A DNA stretch of 64,000 bases from an uncultured Lachnospiraceae bacterium (GTDB taxonomy: Bacteria > Bacillota > Clostridia > Lachnospirales > Lachnospiraceae). Within the stretch, counting starts at the first letter, position 1; every line of letters starts with the position of its first letter. This document shows, piece after piece, positions 19,831 through 28,214 of the stretch. The notes beneath the pieces were generated by a model. That model saw nothing but the letters and a program-made list of their open reading frames with translations, had not been told where the DNA came from and did no database searches. The DNA lies in the NCBI GenBank assembly GCA_964386955.1, contig CAYLUV010000001.1, forward strand, positions 13,054 through 77,053, read 5' to 3'. A program made the translations under genes and the position numbers.

Positions 19831-21243
19831 ATGATTAAAGAAAATCAAAAAGTCTTTAACCGAATACAGGTAATAATAGATGGGCTTGTGGTGTATCTGG
19901 CTTTTGCTCTTTCTTATTATATGAGATTTCAGACATCCTTTTCTGTCTTTTTTGATCAGAGAGGGTATCATATGATTTTTCGTCAGTACCAGCCTATGAT
20001 GCTAGTGTTGATTCCACTGTATCTGCTGCTTTATTCCACGTTTCATCTATATCAGCCAAAACGGTATCAGGCTAGATATATTGAATATTTCGACATTTTA
20101 AAAGCCAATTCCACAGGGATTGCCACACTTCTGGCAGTGATCTTTTTCTTTCGGATTCAGCATATTCCTCGAAGCCTTCTGGCAATCTTTTATGTGATGA
20201 GTACCATTTTGATGGTGGTGGAACGCTACACGGTCCGAAAAATTCTCTATCGAACACGAACTGGTGGAAAGAATATGAAGCATTTGATCTTGGTTGGTTT
20301 TAGTACGGCGGCAGCAGGCTACATTGACCGAATCAAATCCAATCCTCATTGGGGATATATGATTCACGGTATTATCGATGACAATCTTCAGTCTGATTTT
20401 GAATACCGCGGGGTACCAATTGTGGGAACGGTACAGGATCTTCCGAAGTTTTTGGAGGAGAACAATCTGGACGAAGTGGCCATTACCTTAAGTTTGAAGG
20501 AATATGGCAAATTGGAAGAGATTGTAGCAGTCTGTGAAAAATCAGGAACGCACACGAAGTTTGTACCGGATTATTATAAGATTATCTCCAGCCGTCCTTA
20601 TACGGAAGATCTCAATGGGCTTCCGGTAATCAATATTCGAAATGTGCCACTAACCAATACCACCAATAAGATTGTGAAACGAACGATGGACATTGTGGGT
20701 TCCTTGGCCTGTATTATACTTTTTTCACCGCTGATGCTTTTGACGGCTCTCTTAGTAAAGAAAAGTTCACCAGGGCCGGTGTTCTTTTGTCAGGAACGAA
20801 TCGGTCTTCACAACAAACCATTTAAGATGTACAAGTTCCGCTCTATGGGGGTACAGCCTCAGAGCAAGGAAGAAAAATGTTGGACCGTTAAAAATGATCC
20901 TAGGGTTACGCCGATCGGAAAGATTATTCGAAAGACCAGTATCGATGAGCTTCCACAGCTTTTCAATGTGTTGAAGGGAGATATGAGTTTGATTGGCCCG
21001 CGACCGGAACGCCCTCTCTTTGTAGAGAAATTTAAGGAAGAGATTCCACGCTATATGATCAAACATCAGGTTCGACCGGGTATGACGGGATGGGCCCAGG
21101 TCAATGGTTTCCGTGGGGATACCTCCATTCGAGGCCGCATTGAACACGATCTCTATTATATTGAAAACTGGACCTTAGGTTTGGATATTAAGATACTGTT
21201 TCTTACAGTATTTAAGGGCTTTGTCAATAAAAATGCCTACTAA
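19831..21243 (+). CDS. Polyprenyl-phosphate sugar-phosphate transferase (WbaP/CpsE-type bacterial sugar transferase)
   Basis: Several N-terminal TM helices, and a C-terminal Bac_transf signature (KRTMDIVGSLACIILFSPLML...PGPVFFCQERIGLHNKPFKMYKFRSM...DELPQLFNVLKGDMSLIGPRPERP). Confidence 0.9.
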   Translation: MIKENQKVFNRIQVIIDGLVVYLAFALSYYMRFQTSFSVFFDQRGYHMIFRQYQPMMLVLIPLYLLLYSTFHLYQPKRYQARYIEYFDILKANSTGIATLLAVIFFFRIQHIPRSLLAIFYVMSTILMVVERYTVRKILYRTRTGGKNMKHLILVGFSTAAAGYIDRIKSNPHWGYMIHGIIDDNLQSDFEYRGVPIVGTVQDLPKFLEENNLDEVAITLSLKEYGKLEEIVAVCEKSGTHTKFVPDYYKIISSRPYTEDLNGLPVINIRNVPLTNTTNKIVKRTMDIVGSLACIILFSPLMLLTALLVKKSSPGPVFFCQERIGLHNKPFKMYKFRSMGVQPQSKEEKCWTVKNDPRVTPIGKIIRKTSIDELPQLFNVLKGDMSLIGPRPERPLFVEKFKEEIPRYMIKHQVRPGMTGWAQVNGFRGDTSIRGRIEHDLYYIENWTLGLDIKILFLTVFKGFVNKNAY

Positions 21244-21245
21244 AG

Positions 21246-21297
21246 ACAAAAAATGCCTCTAAGAGTTAGAGTAATTCTAGCTTTTAGAGGCTTTTTT
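21246..21297. terminator. Bidirectional terminator between the sugar transferase (+) and DUF1292 (-) genes
   Basis: GCCTCTAA (21255-21262) / TTAGAGGC (21284-21291), flanked by A6 upstream and T6 downstream. Confidence 0.7.
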
Positions 21298-21326
21298 CAT
21301 AGAACAAAAGATAAAGTGGAGATGGA

Positions 21327-21653
21327 TTAGTCATCCAATCCTTCAATCTCGTCTTCGTATAATTCTTCTAATCCTAATTCATCAAATTCCATCTCATCCA
21401 AAATCTCATCAAAGGCTTCGGATACCAGTTCGTATTCTTCATCAGATTCGATGTTTTCTAAGACTGGATTGCCTTCTTCATCTTCGGAATAGCGGTAAAC
21501 AAATACTTCGCTTTCTTCGTCATCTGCAGGTGCAAGGGCGATATAATCATAGTCACCAGCAGGGAAAAAAGCTTCTACAACACATTCCACTTTGGAACCA
21601 TCGTCCAATTCTAAGTGGATGATAGGCTGATCAATATCGAATTCGTGGCTCAT
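21327..21653 (-). CDS. DUF1292-family small acidic protein
   Basis: A 108-aa, highly acidic protein. Its pattern (IIHLELDDGSKVECVVEAFFPAGDYDYIALAPADDEE.EVFVYRY....G.PVLENIESDEEYELVSEAFDEI) matches my memory of DUF1292. Confidence 0.7.
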   Translation of the reverse strand: MSHEFDIDQPIIHLELDDGSKVECVVEAFFPAGDYDYIALAPADDEESEVFVYRYSEDEEGNPVLENIESDEEYELVSEAFDEILDEMEFDELGLEELYEDEIEGLDD

Positions 21654-21791
21654 ACTATATACCTCGTTCTTTCTGAAACTAACATTCCAACTGGGTTGGA
21701 GTAAAAGATACCAATAGGATAAAACCTCGTGATATCCCAGTATTTTCTTAAACGATTATACTTGAAAAATGCAGGTATGACAAGAGAAAGG

Positions 21792-21820
21792 TTGCCACTT
21801 TAAAAAAAAGCTTTTATAAT
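21792..21820 (+). promoter_or_regulatory. Sigma-A-type promoter for the alaX-like gene
   Basis: TTGCCA 21792-21797, a 17-nt spacer, then TATAAT 21815-21820. Confidence 0.55.
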
Positions 21821-21842
21821 AAAAAGAAATTAGGCGCAAGAA

Positions 21843-21870
21843 TGGAGACAATAAAGTGGAGACAATAAAG
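21843..21870 (+). repeat. Perfect 14-bp tandem duplication (TGGAGACAATAAAG x2) at the alaX-like start codon
   Basis: Copy 1 is 21843-21856 and copy 2 is 21857-21870. Copy 1 is preceded by A, giving ATG 21842; copy 2 is preceded by G, giving GTG 21856. Confidence 0.95.
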
Positions 21871-23040
21871 TTATATTATGAAGACAATGAGCAGAAAGAA
21901 TTTTCGGCGAAGGTTCTTTCTTGTGAAAAAATAGAAGAGGCATATCAAATTGTCCTAGATCAGACGGTATTTTTTCCAGAAGGAGGCGGACAGACCGCAG
22001 ATACTGGAGTGATGTGGCTAGATGGGGAAGGAAAGGATCCGATACAGGTTCTGGATGTGCAGGAAGAGGAAGGAAAGATTTTTCATAAAACAGACAGACC
22101 AGTGGAAGTGGGAAGCGAGATCTGTGGGAAAATTTTTTGGCCGGAGCGTTTTTCCAAGATGCAGCATCACACGGGAGAACACATTGTATCTGGTCTGATA
22201 AATCACCATTTTGGACTCCAGAACGTGGGATTTCATTTGGGCAGTCAAGTGGTAACTCTGGATTTTGACGGAGTGCTTACGAAAGAACAGCTTCGGCAGA
22301 TTGAATATGAGGCAAACGAGGCGGTTGCCAAAAACATCCCTATTGTGGTGACTTATCCAACCAGGGAGGAACTTCCGGGCTTGACTTACCGAAGTAAGAT
22401 AGAGATTGAAGGACAGGTTCGAATTGTGGAGATTCCGGGATACGATACCTGTGCCTGCTGCGCACCTCATGTAAGCACAACGGGCCAGATTGGCATGATT
22501 AAGCTGGTGAATATGCATAATTACAAAGGCGGCGTTCGTATTTATATGCTCTGTGGCTTTGCAGCTCTGGCAGATTACAACGAAAAGGAAGAAAGTGTAA
22601 GAACCATCGCCCTTTCCCTTTGTACTCAGGAACAACTGGTGGCAGACCGTGTAGAAAAACTTCAGGAGGAGATATACCGACAGAAGGGGCAAATTATGAA
22701 TCTGGTAAATGAATTACTGGATTACAAGGTGGCTGCTGTGGAGGAAAATGCACCTGTGGGACTGATTGTGGATTCCAATCTGGAGGACAATCAGCCAAGA
22801 GAACTGGCCAACAAATTGATGGATAAAGGCGTGGATTTGGCAGCAGTATTTGCTGGAAATGACGAAGCAGGATATCGCTATGTTCTGGGAAGTCGAAAGA
22901 GGGATGTGCGAGGCATTGCAAAGGAGATGAACGGCGCATTACAAGGACGAGGCGGTGGAAAACCGGAGATGGCACAGGGCTATGTGCAGGGGCAAAAAAC
23001 AGAGATAGAAGCATATTTTGCAGATTTTAGTCTGGAGTAG
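21856..23040 (+). CDS. Alanyl-tRNA editing protein (AlaX-L-like; tRNA_SAD domain)
   Basis: The Zn-binding editing motifs HTGEHIVSG (HxxxH) and CCAPHV (CxxxH) are present, and the length is about 394 aa. GTG start at 21856, with GGAGA 7 nt upstream supplied by the duplicated copy. Confidence 0.85.
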   Translation: METIKLYYEDNEQKEFSAKVLSCEKIEEAYQIVLDQTVFFPEGGGQTADTGVMWLDGEGKDPIQVLDVQEEEGKIFHKTDRPVEVGSEICGKIFWPERFSKMQHHTGEHIVSGLINHHFGLQNVGFHLGSQVVTLDFDGVLTKEQLRQIEYEANEAVAKNIPIVVTYPTREELPGLTYRSKIEIEGQVRIVEIPGYDTCACCAPHVSTTGQIGMIKLVNMHNYKGGVRIYMLCGFAALADYNEKEESVRTIALSLCTQEQLVADRVEKLQEEIYRQKGQIMNLVNELLDYKVAAVEENAPVGLIVDSNLEDNQPRELANKLMDKGVDLAAVFAGNDEAGYRYVLGSRKRDVRGIAKEMNGALQGRGGGKPEMAQGYVQGQKTEIEAYFADFSLE

Positions 23041-23114
23041 GATGGAAGTATATTTGCAGATTTTGGTCTGACAGAAGACAGAAGCAGGTTGACACAAAAA
23101 TGAGGTGACACAAG

Positions 23115-23993
23115 ATGGAAAAAAGAATTAGCGGAACAACAAGATTATTGGGACTGATTGGATCTCCAGTGGAGCATTCCGGATCACCAGCCATGTACAA
23201 TTATGGATTTCAAAAACTGGGAATCGACTATGCGTATCTGGTGTTTAACATTGATACGGTACATGCCAAAGATTTTTTGGAGACAGCAAAGCTACTCAAT
23301 ATGAGAGGCTTTAATGTGACGATGCCTTGTAAGGCGGAGGTTGCCCGTTTGATGGATGAGCTTTCTCCGGCAGCCAAGATTATCGGGGCGGTCAACACGG
23401 TAGTCAATGAAAATGGCAGACTGATTGGTCACAATACAGATGGTGTTGGATTTGTGCGAAATTTGGAAGACCATGGTGTTTCGATTCAAGACAAAACAAT
23501 CGTTCTTTTAGGGGGCGGCGGTGCTGGAACATCCATCTTTGCTCAGTTGGCTTTAGATGGTGCGGCGAAGATTCAGGTCTTTAACCGAAAAGGTGCCAAT
23601 TTTGATAAATTATTGGAAAAAACAGTCCTGCTCCAGGAGATGGTACCTGCGTGTCAGGTGGAAATCTGTGATTTGGAGGATGAGGCATTGCTCTATGAGA
23701 AGGTAAGAGAATGCGATATCCTAGTCAATGCCACCAGCGTTGGTATGACGCCGAGAGCGGGGGAAACATTGATTTCCGATACTTCTGTTTACCGAGAAGA
23801 CATGGTGGTGGCAGAGATTGTCTATAATCCGTTGGAGACAAAAATGATGGCGGATGCCAAAGCGGCTGGGGTAAAGACCATTGTAGGTGGCAAAGGTATG
23901 CTGCTGTGGCAAGGAGAAGAAGCATTTCGTCTCTTTACCGGACAGGATATGCCGGTGGAAGAGGTAAAAGAGGCGTTTTTTAAAGGATGTTAA
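23115..23993 (+). CDS. aroE: Shikimate (or quinate/shikimate) dehydrogenase
   Basis: AroE motifs: GLIGSPVEHSGSPAMYN, FNVTMPCK, GAVNTVV, NTDGVGF, LGGGGAGTS. Confidence 0.9.
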   Translation: MEKRISGTTRLLGLIGSPVEHSGSPAMYNYGFQKLGIDYAYLVFNIDTVHAKDFLETAKLLNMRGFNVTMPCKAEVARLMDELSPAAKIIGAVNTVVNENGRLIGHNTDGVGFVRNLEDHGVSIQDKTIVLLGGGGAGTSIFAQLALDGAAKIQVFNRKGANFDKLLEKTVLLQEMVPACQVEICDLEDEALLYEKVRECDILVNATSVGMTPRAGETLISDTSVYREDMVVAEIVYNPLETKMMADAKAAGVKTIVGGKGMLLWQGEEAFRLFTGQDMPVEEVKEAFFKGC

Positions 23994-24031
23994 ATGGCAG
24001 CAAATAGGGGATAGATCAGGAGGTTTGGAGA

Positions 24032-25426
24032 ATGATCGAGGTAAGAGATTTTGGCAAAACAAAAAATGGCGAGGAGATTCAAGAATACATTTTAAAAAAT
24101 CAAAATGGCATGGAAGTGCATGTGATTAATTTTGGCGCAACCATCAAAAATGTGTTGGTGCCAGACCAAAATGGAAACTTGGAAGATGTCATTTTGGGAT
24201 TTGATGACATAGCGGGTTATGAAAAAAATGAGGTGGCTTGTCATGGAGCTGTGATTGGCAGAGTGGCAAACCGCATTGGAGAGGGACGTTTTACATTAAA
24301 TGATGTGGAATATACGCTGGACATTAACAATGCCGGAAATTGTCTACATGGGGGAAACAATCGATATGAGACAAAGGTATATAAGGCATATCCGGAGGAA
24401 AAGAGCAATTCAGTTATCTTTAAACGAATCGATCCACACATGTCTCAGGGCTTTCCAGGGAATCTAAATCTTTCTGTGGAGTATACTTTGACGGAGGACA
24501 ACGCTCTGGTTATTGCCTATGAAGCCCGCAGTGACAAGGATACGCCTCTCAATGTGACAAACCATGGATATTACAACTTAAAGGGTTGCCAGAGTATGGA
24601 GCTTGGCACTCATCAGATTATGATTCGCAGTCATGCCATTACAGAAACCGATGATGATTTGCTGCCAAACGGTAACTACATTGATCTTACCGGAACCCCG
24701 ATGGATCTTCGGGAAATGACACCGTTTTTGGATAAGGTGGAGGAAGACTATTTGCCATTAAAGCAGGGCAAGGGATTTGATCACAATTATGTCTTGGATC
24801 ACGAAGTTGGAAAGCCGGATGCTATTGTGATAGAGACCACCACAGGAAGAAAGATGGAGCTTTATACGGATATGCCGGGGGTTCAGTTCTACACAGCCAA
24901 TTGGCTCAGCGAGGAAGAAAGCGGAAAAGGTGGCATGCCACATCAGGCATATGGTGCCTTCTGCTTAGAAACCCAGTTCTACCCAAACAGCTGCAATATC
25001 TCAGATTTTCCAAATACAATCCTAAAAGAGGGAGAAAAGTATCGAAGCGTTACGAAGTATGTATTTGGCATTGCAGAGGAAACGGGAAGTCTGAATGGGA
25101 ATAAGGAGCAGACCAAGGAAACGATAGAGAAAAAGGAGGAAAATGATATGAATGAAAATACAGTAATGGAAGATTTATATGAGGAATATATTACCTTTCA
25201 CGTGACAGCCCAGGATGGCTCAGACGTGGAGATGGCAGTGGTGGATGAATTTGACTATGACCACAAGCATTATGTGGTTGGTGCAGTGGTAAAAGACGAT
25301 GTGATTGACGAGGAAGGACAGTATATCTATCGATGTAAGGTACAGGGAGATGATTTTACCGCGGAAAAGATTACAGATGTAAAAGAATATGAAGCGGTAG
25401 TAAAGGCTTATATAGAGATGGAATAA
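24032..25426 (+). CDS. Aldose 1-epimerase (mutarotase) fused in frame to a C-terminal DUF1292-like domain
   Basis: Residues 1 to about 350 are GalM-like (GAVIGRVANRIGEGRFTLNDVEYTLDINNAGNCLHGG...GFDHNYVL...FCLETQFYPNS). A Lys/Glu-rich linker follows, then a 92-aa DUF1292-like tail starting at an internal SD-ATG (GGAGG 25135-25139, ATG 25148). Confidence 0.8.
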   Translation: MIEVRDFGKTKNGEEIQEYILKNQNGMEVHVINFGATIKNVLVPDQNGNLEDVILGFDDIAGYEKNEVACHGAVIGRVANRIGEGRFTLNDVEYTLDINNAGNCLHGGNNRYETKVYKAYPEEKSNSVIFKRIDPHMSQGFPGNLNLSVEYTLTEDNALVIAYEARSDKDTPLNVTNHGYYNLKGCQSMELGTHQIMIRSHAITETDDDLLPNGNYIDLTGTPMDLREMTPFLDKVEEDYLPLKQGKGFDHNYVLDHEVGKPDAIVIETTTGRKMELYTDMPGVQFYTANWLSEEESGKGGMPHQAYGAFCLETQFYPNSCNISDFPNTILKEGEKYRSVTKYVFGIAEETGSLNGNKEQTKETIEKKEENDMNENTVMEDLYEEYITFHVTAQDGSDVEMAVVDEFDYDHKHYVVGAVVKDDVIDEEGQYIYRCKVQGDDFTAEKITDVKEYEAVVKAYIEME

Positions 25427-25542
25427 AGATTTAAAATTCGCGCCAAATCCTTTAAAAAACTAGCATTTCTATTTCAATTTTATGCCGATGTAGTATAATT
25501 AGGATAATAATTCGGTACGAAAATGGATAGAGAGGGAAGAAC

Positions 25543-26790
25543 ATGTTTGTTTTAACAAAGGAAAATATCACAGAATATTTGAAAAAACATATGCCGGGAT
25601 TGGATTATTCCAAACCCCTTACCATTTCAGCTATTGGAGAGGGGACAGAGGAAGAAGATGGCGATGGATATTTGAATTTTATTTATCGTGTCAGTGACGG
25701 AACCTGCAATTTGATTTTAAAGCAGGGGCGAAGTGAGGGACGTGTGGCAGGATTTTCAGATCTTTCTTCCGAGCGAAGTCGATTGGAATATGAATCTATG
25801 GAACTTCGAAAGGCCATTGCACCGGAATATATACCGGAACTCTACTTTTTTGATGCAGAAAATCGAATTTTTGCTACAGAGGACGTATCCTATTTGCAGA
25901 TTTCACGTTTTCAGTTGAACAAATCCATCATGTTTCCAGAGTTGGCAAAACATGCAGCAGCCTTTTTAGCGAAGATGCATTTTTACACATCGGACTACTA
26001 TCTGGACACGGAGACATTCCGCAATTTGAAGATCCATTTTAATAATCACAAGATGAGAAGTATTTTTGACGATATGGTCTTTGTCTCTCATCCTTACGGT
26101 ACGGAAGGCGAAGGATTTGAAATTCGTGAAGAATTGGATCCCTATGTTCGCGATATCGTGATGGATCCAGCGGTAGTTTTGGAGCGTTACAAGATGCGGG
26201 ATTTATTTATGAATAAGTCCGAGGCATTGATTCATGGAGATTTTCATACCTCCAACATTTTTGTTGGACAGGGGCTAATGAAGGTAATCGATATGGAGTA
26301 TGCCTTCTGTGGACCTGTTGCCTTTGATCTTGGATATCTGGAAAGTCATTTGATGTCACAGTTTATCTGTGCCGCTTTTCGGTCATATGATACAGAGCAG
26401 GAGCGACAGGAATTTCAGGCATATATTTTGGCATCTATGCAGCAGTTATTTGAAGATTACTGTAGAAACTTTTTTGCACACTGGAAGGAAGATGCAAAGC
26501 ATATATATCAGAACGTGGAAGGGCTGATGGAATCAGTGCAGGCGAATCTGTTAAAGGACATGATTGGCTTTTGTGCTACTTCCAATCTGTTTCGCTGTAC
26601 GAGCATTATTGACTATCCGGAATATGATGCGTTGGATGATCCGGTGAAACGACGCCATGCCGTTGTTTTATCTGCACTGATGGATCAACGCATGCTTTTG
26701 CACCGGGAAGAATATAAAAATGTAGAAGAATTTATTGATGAAATGTTAGGCATAGAACAGCTTTATAGGAAGAAATATTGCAATAAGTAA
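25543..26790 (+). CDS. mtnK: 5-methylthioribose kinase-like (APH-fold) sugar kinase
   Basis: It aligns by eye with B. subtilis MtnK along its length (ISAIGEG..NFIYRV; FYTSDYYL; ALIHGDFHTSNIF; KVIDMEYAFCGPVAFDLGY). No mtnA or other salvage genes are adjacent. Confidence 0.75.
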   Translation: MFVLTKENITEYLKKHMPGLDYSKPLTISAIGEGTEEEDGDGYLNFIYRVSDGTCNLILKQGRSEGRVAGFSDLSSERSRLEYESMELRKAIAPEYIPELYFFDAENRIFATEDVSYLQISRFQLNKSIMFPELAKHAAAFLAKMHFYTSDYYLDTETFRNLKIHFNNHKMRSIFDDMVFVSHPYGTEGEGFEIREELDPYVRDIVMDPAVVLERYKMRDLFMNKSEALIHGDFHTSNIFVGQGLMKVIDMEYAFCGPVAFDLGYLESHLMSQFICAAFRSYDTEQERQEFQAYILASMQQLFEDYCRNFFAHWKEDAKHIYQNVEGLMESVQANLLKDMIGFCATSNLFRCTSIIDYPEYDALDDPVKRRHAVVLSALMDQRMLLHREEYKNVEEFIDEMLGIEQLYRKKYCNK

Positions 26791-26854
26791 GGAGATGAAG
26801 GGCAAACAAGGGAAGTTTGAAATCAATGCCCTTTATTTTAAAAGGTGATTGTTT

Positions 26855-27724
26855 ATGGCTAAAATGCTGAAACAACTGCGGATTGGACCAGATGCAAAAG
26901 AAAATGATCTTCATGGAACACCGGATTATCCCTGTGAGGTGTATTATACGGATTTGTCCAAGCATAAGGCAGGGCTGTTGCCGGAACATTGGCACAATGA
27001 ACTGGAATATGGATTGGTGACAAAGGGAAAAATCATTTTAAAATGCAATGGACAGGAAAATTTGGTGGAAGAAGGGCAGGGATTTTTTATCAATACCAAC
27101 GTACTTCATTCCATGCAGGCAAAAGAGAAAGAAGCCTGTTATTACAGTGCAGTTTTCCATGAAAAATTTCTCGGACTGCCGGAGCGACTGCAGGATCGCT
27201 ATGTGTATCCTATAGTGAAGGATGCGACCTATTCTTTTGCTATTCTAAAGGAAAACGAACTGGTGGAGATGCTTCAAAGGGCGATGCAGTGTTATGAGGA
27301 TAAAAAAGAGGAATTTGAATATGATTTTTATCAAATGCTCTGTGCCATCTGGAAGCGGATGTATCAGATGTATCCACCAGCAGCTGGAATAGAGGAAAAG
27401 GTAAATCAGCGAATTCAAAAAATGCTCCAATTTATTGCGGAACATTATTGGGAAGATATCGGTGTGGAGGAGATTGCGGCGAGGGCAGGAATCAGTAAAC
27501 GCGAATGTTTTCGCAGCTTCAAGAATCATTTAAACAGCTCACCCAATATATATCTCACACAATTTCGCATGAATCGGGCGGCGGAGCAAATTATTTTAAC
27601 GGATAAAACCATGGCGGAGATTGCCAGGGACTGTGGATTTTCCAGTGCCACTTATTTTTCTACCAAATTTTTGGCTGTATATGGAATGAGTCCCAAAGAG
27701 TATAGGATTTGTAATCAACAATAA
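26855..27724 (+). CDS. AraC-family transcriptional regulator (cupin sensor + HTH)
   Basis: C-terminal AraC HTH (IAARAGISKRECFRSFK...MAEIARDCGFSSATYFSTKFLAVYGMSPKEYR) and an N-terminal cupin-like domain. ATG 26855 follows an AAAGGTGA SD; the ORF-track TTG at 26849 is 2 codons upstream. Confidence 0.85.
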   Translation: MAKMLKQLRIGPDAKENDLHGTPDYPCEVYYTDLSKHKAGLLPEHWHNELEYGLVTKGKIILKCNGQENLVEEGQGFFINTNVLHSMQAKEKEACYYSAVFHEKFLGLPERLQDRYVYPIVKDATYSFAILKENELVEMLQRAMQCYEDKKEEFEYDFYQMLCAIWKRMYQMYPPAAGIEEKVNQRIQKMLQFIAEHYWEDIGVEEIAARAGISKRECFRSFKNHLNSSPNIYLTQFRMNRAAEQIILTDKTMAEIARDCGFSSATYFSTKFLAVYGMSPKEYRICNQQ

Positions 27725-27747
27725 AGGAAAAAAGGGAGGTGGAAGCA

Positions 27748-28149
27748 TTGAGCAGATGTATCGGCGTAATCGAGACGCGGGGATTGGCAGCAGCGATCCA
27801 GGCGGCAGATACTGCAGTGAAAACTGGAAAAGTGCGCCTCATAGGATATGAGTATAACGGATATGATGCTACCGTGGCAGTCAAAATCGAAGGAAAGGTA
27901 AGTGCTGTGAAAGCGGCAGCCCAGGCGGCTTCCATGACGGCCCAGACGGTAAAAGGCGATTGGGGCGGTTTTATGAAATACAGTATTCGACCAGCTCTAA
28001 AAGAAGAAGTCTATGATATTCTTGTGGATAACAAGAACACAGTAGGAACCGAACGCCAGATTGCTTCCGGCAGACGACCACAGGGAACAGGAAAACGCGG
28101 TAAGTGGATTGGCATTTGGGATCCAAAGGGATGTTATATATACGAATAA
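27748..28149 (+). CDS. Orphan bacterial-microcompartment shell protein (BMC-H, PduA/EutM-like) with a basic C-terminal extension
   Basis: A complete BMC domain (CIGVIETRGLAAAIQAADTAVKTGKVRLIGYEYNGYDATVAVKIEGKVSAVKAAAQAA...SIRP) plus a tail of about 45 aa (GRRPQGTGKRGKWIGIWDPKG). TTG 27748 is 8 nt after GGAGG (27735-27739); the ORF-track GTG at 27739 overlaps the SD. Confidence 0.8.
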   Translation: MSRCIGVIETRGLAAAIQAADTAVKTGKVRLIGYEYNGYDATVAVKIEGKVSAVKAAAQAASMTAQTVKGDWGGFMKYSIRPALKEEVYDILVDNKNTVGTERQIASGRRPQGTGKRGKWIGIWDPKGCYIYE

Positions 28150-28154
28150 ATAAG

Positions 28155-28182
28155 ATAGGACTTGGGGAAACCCAAGTCCTAT
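28155..28182. terminator. Bidirectional terminator between the BMC gene (+) and the G3PDH-like gene (-)
   Basis: Perfect 12-bp stem ATAGGACTTGGG / CCCAAGTCCTAT with a GAAA tetraloop. The downstream sequence is T-rich. Confidence 0.75.
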
Positions 28183-28214
28183 TGTTGTGTAATGCCTGAA
28201 TAAATAATTTATAA

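Noticed and set aside
22018-22692. A 224-aa ORF antisense to the alaX-like gene. The same applies to 7972-8415 and 8740-9180 (antisense to ppx) and to other antisense ORFs in the track.
   Set aside because: These are shadow ORFs within confidently assigned genes. The translations show no family motifs.
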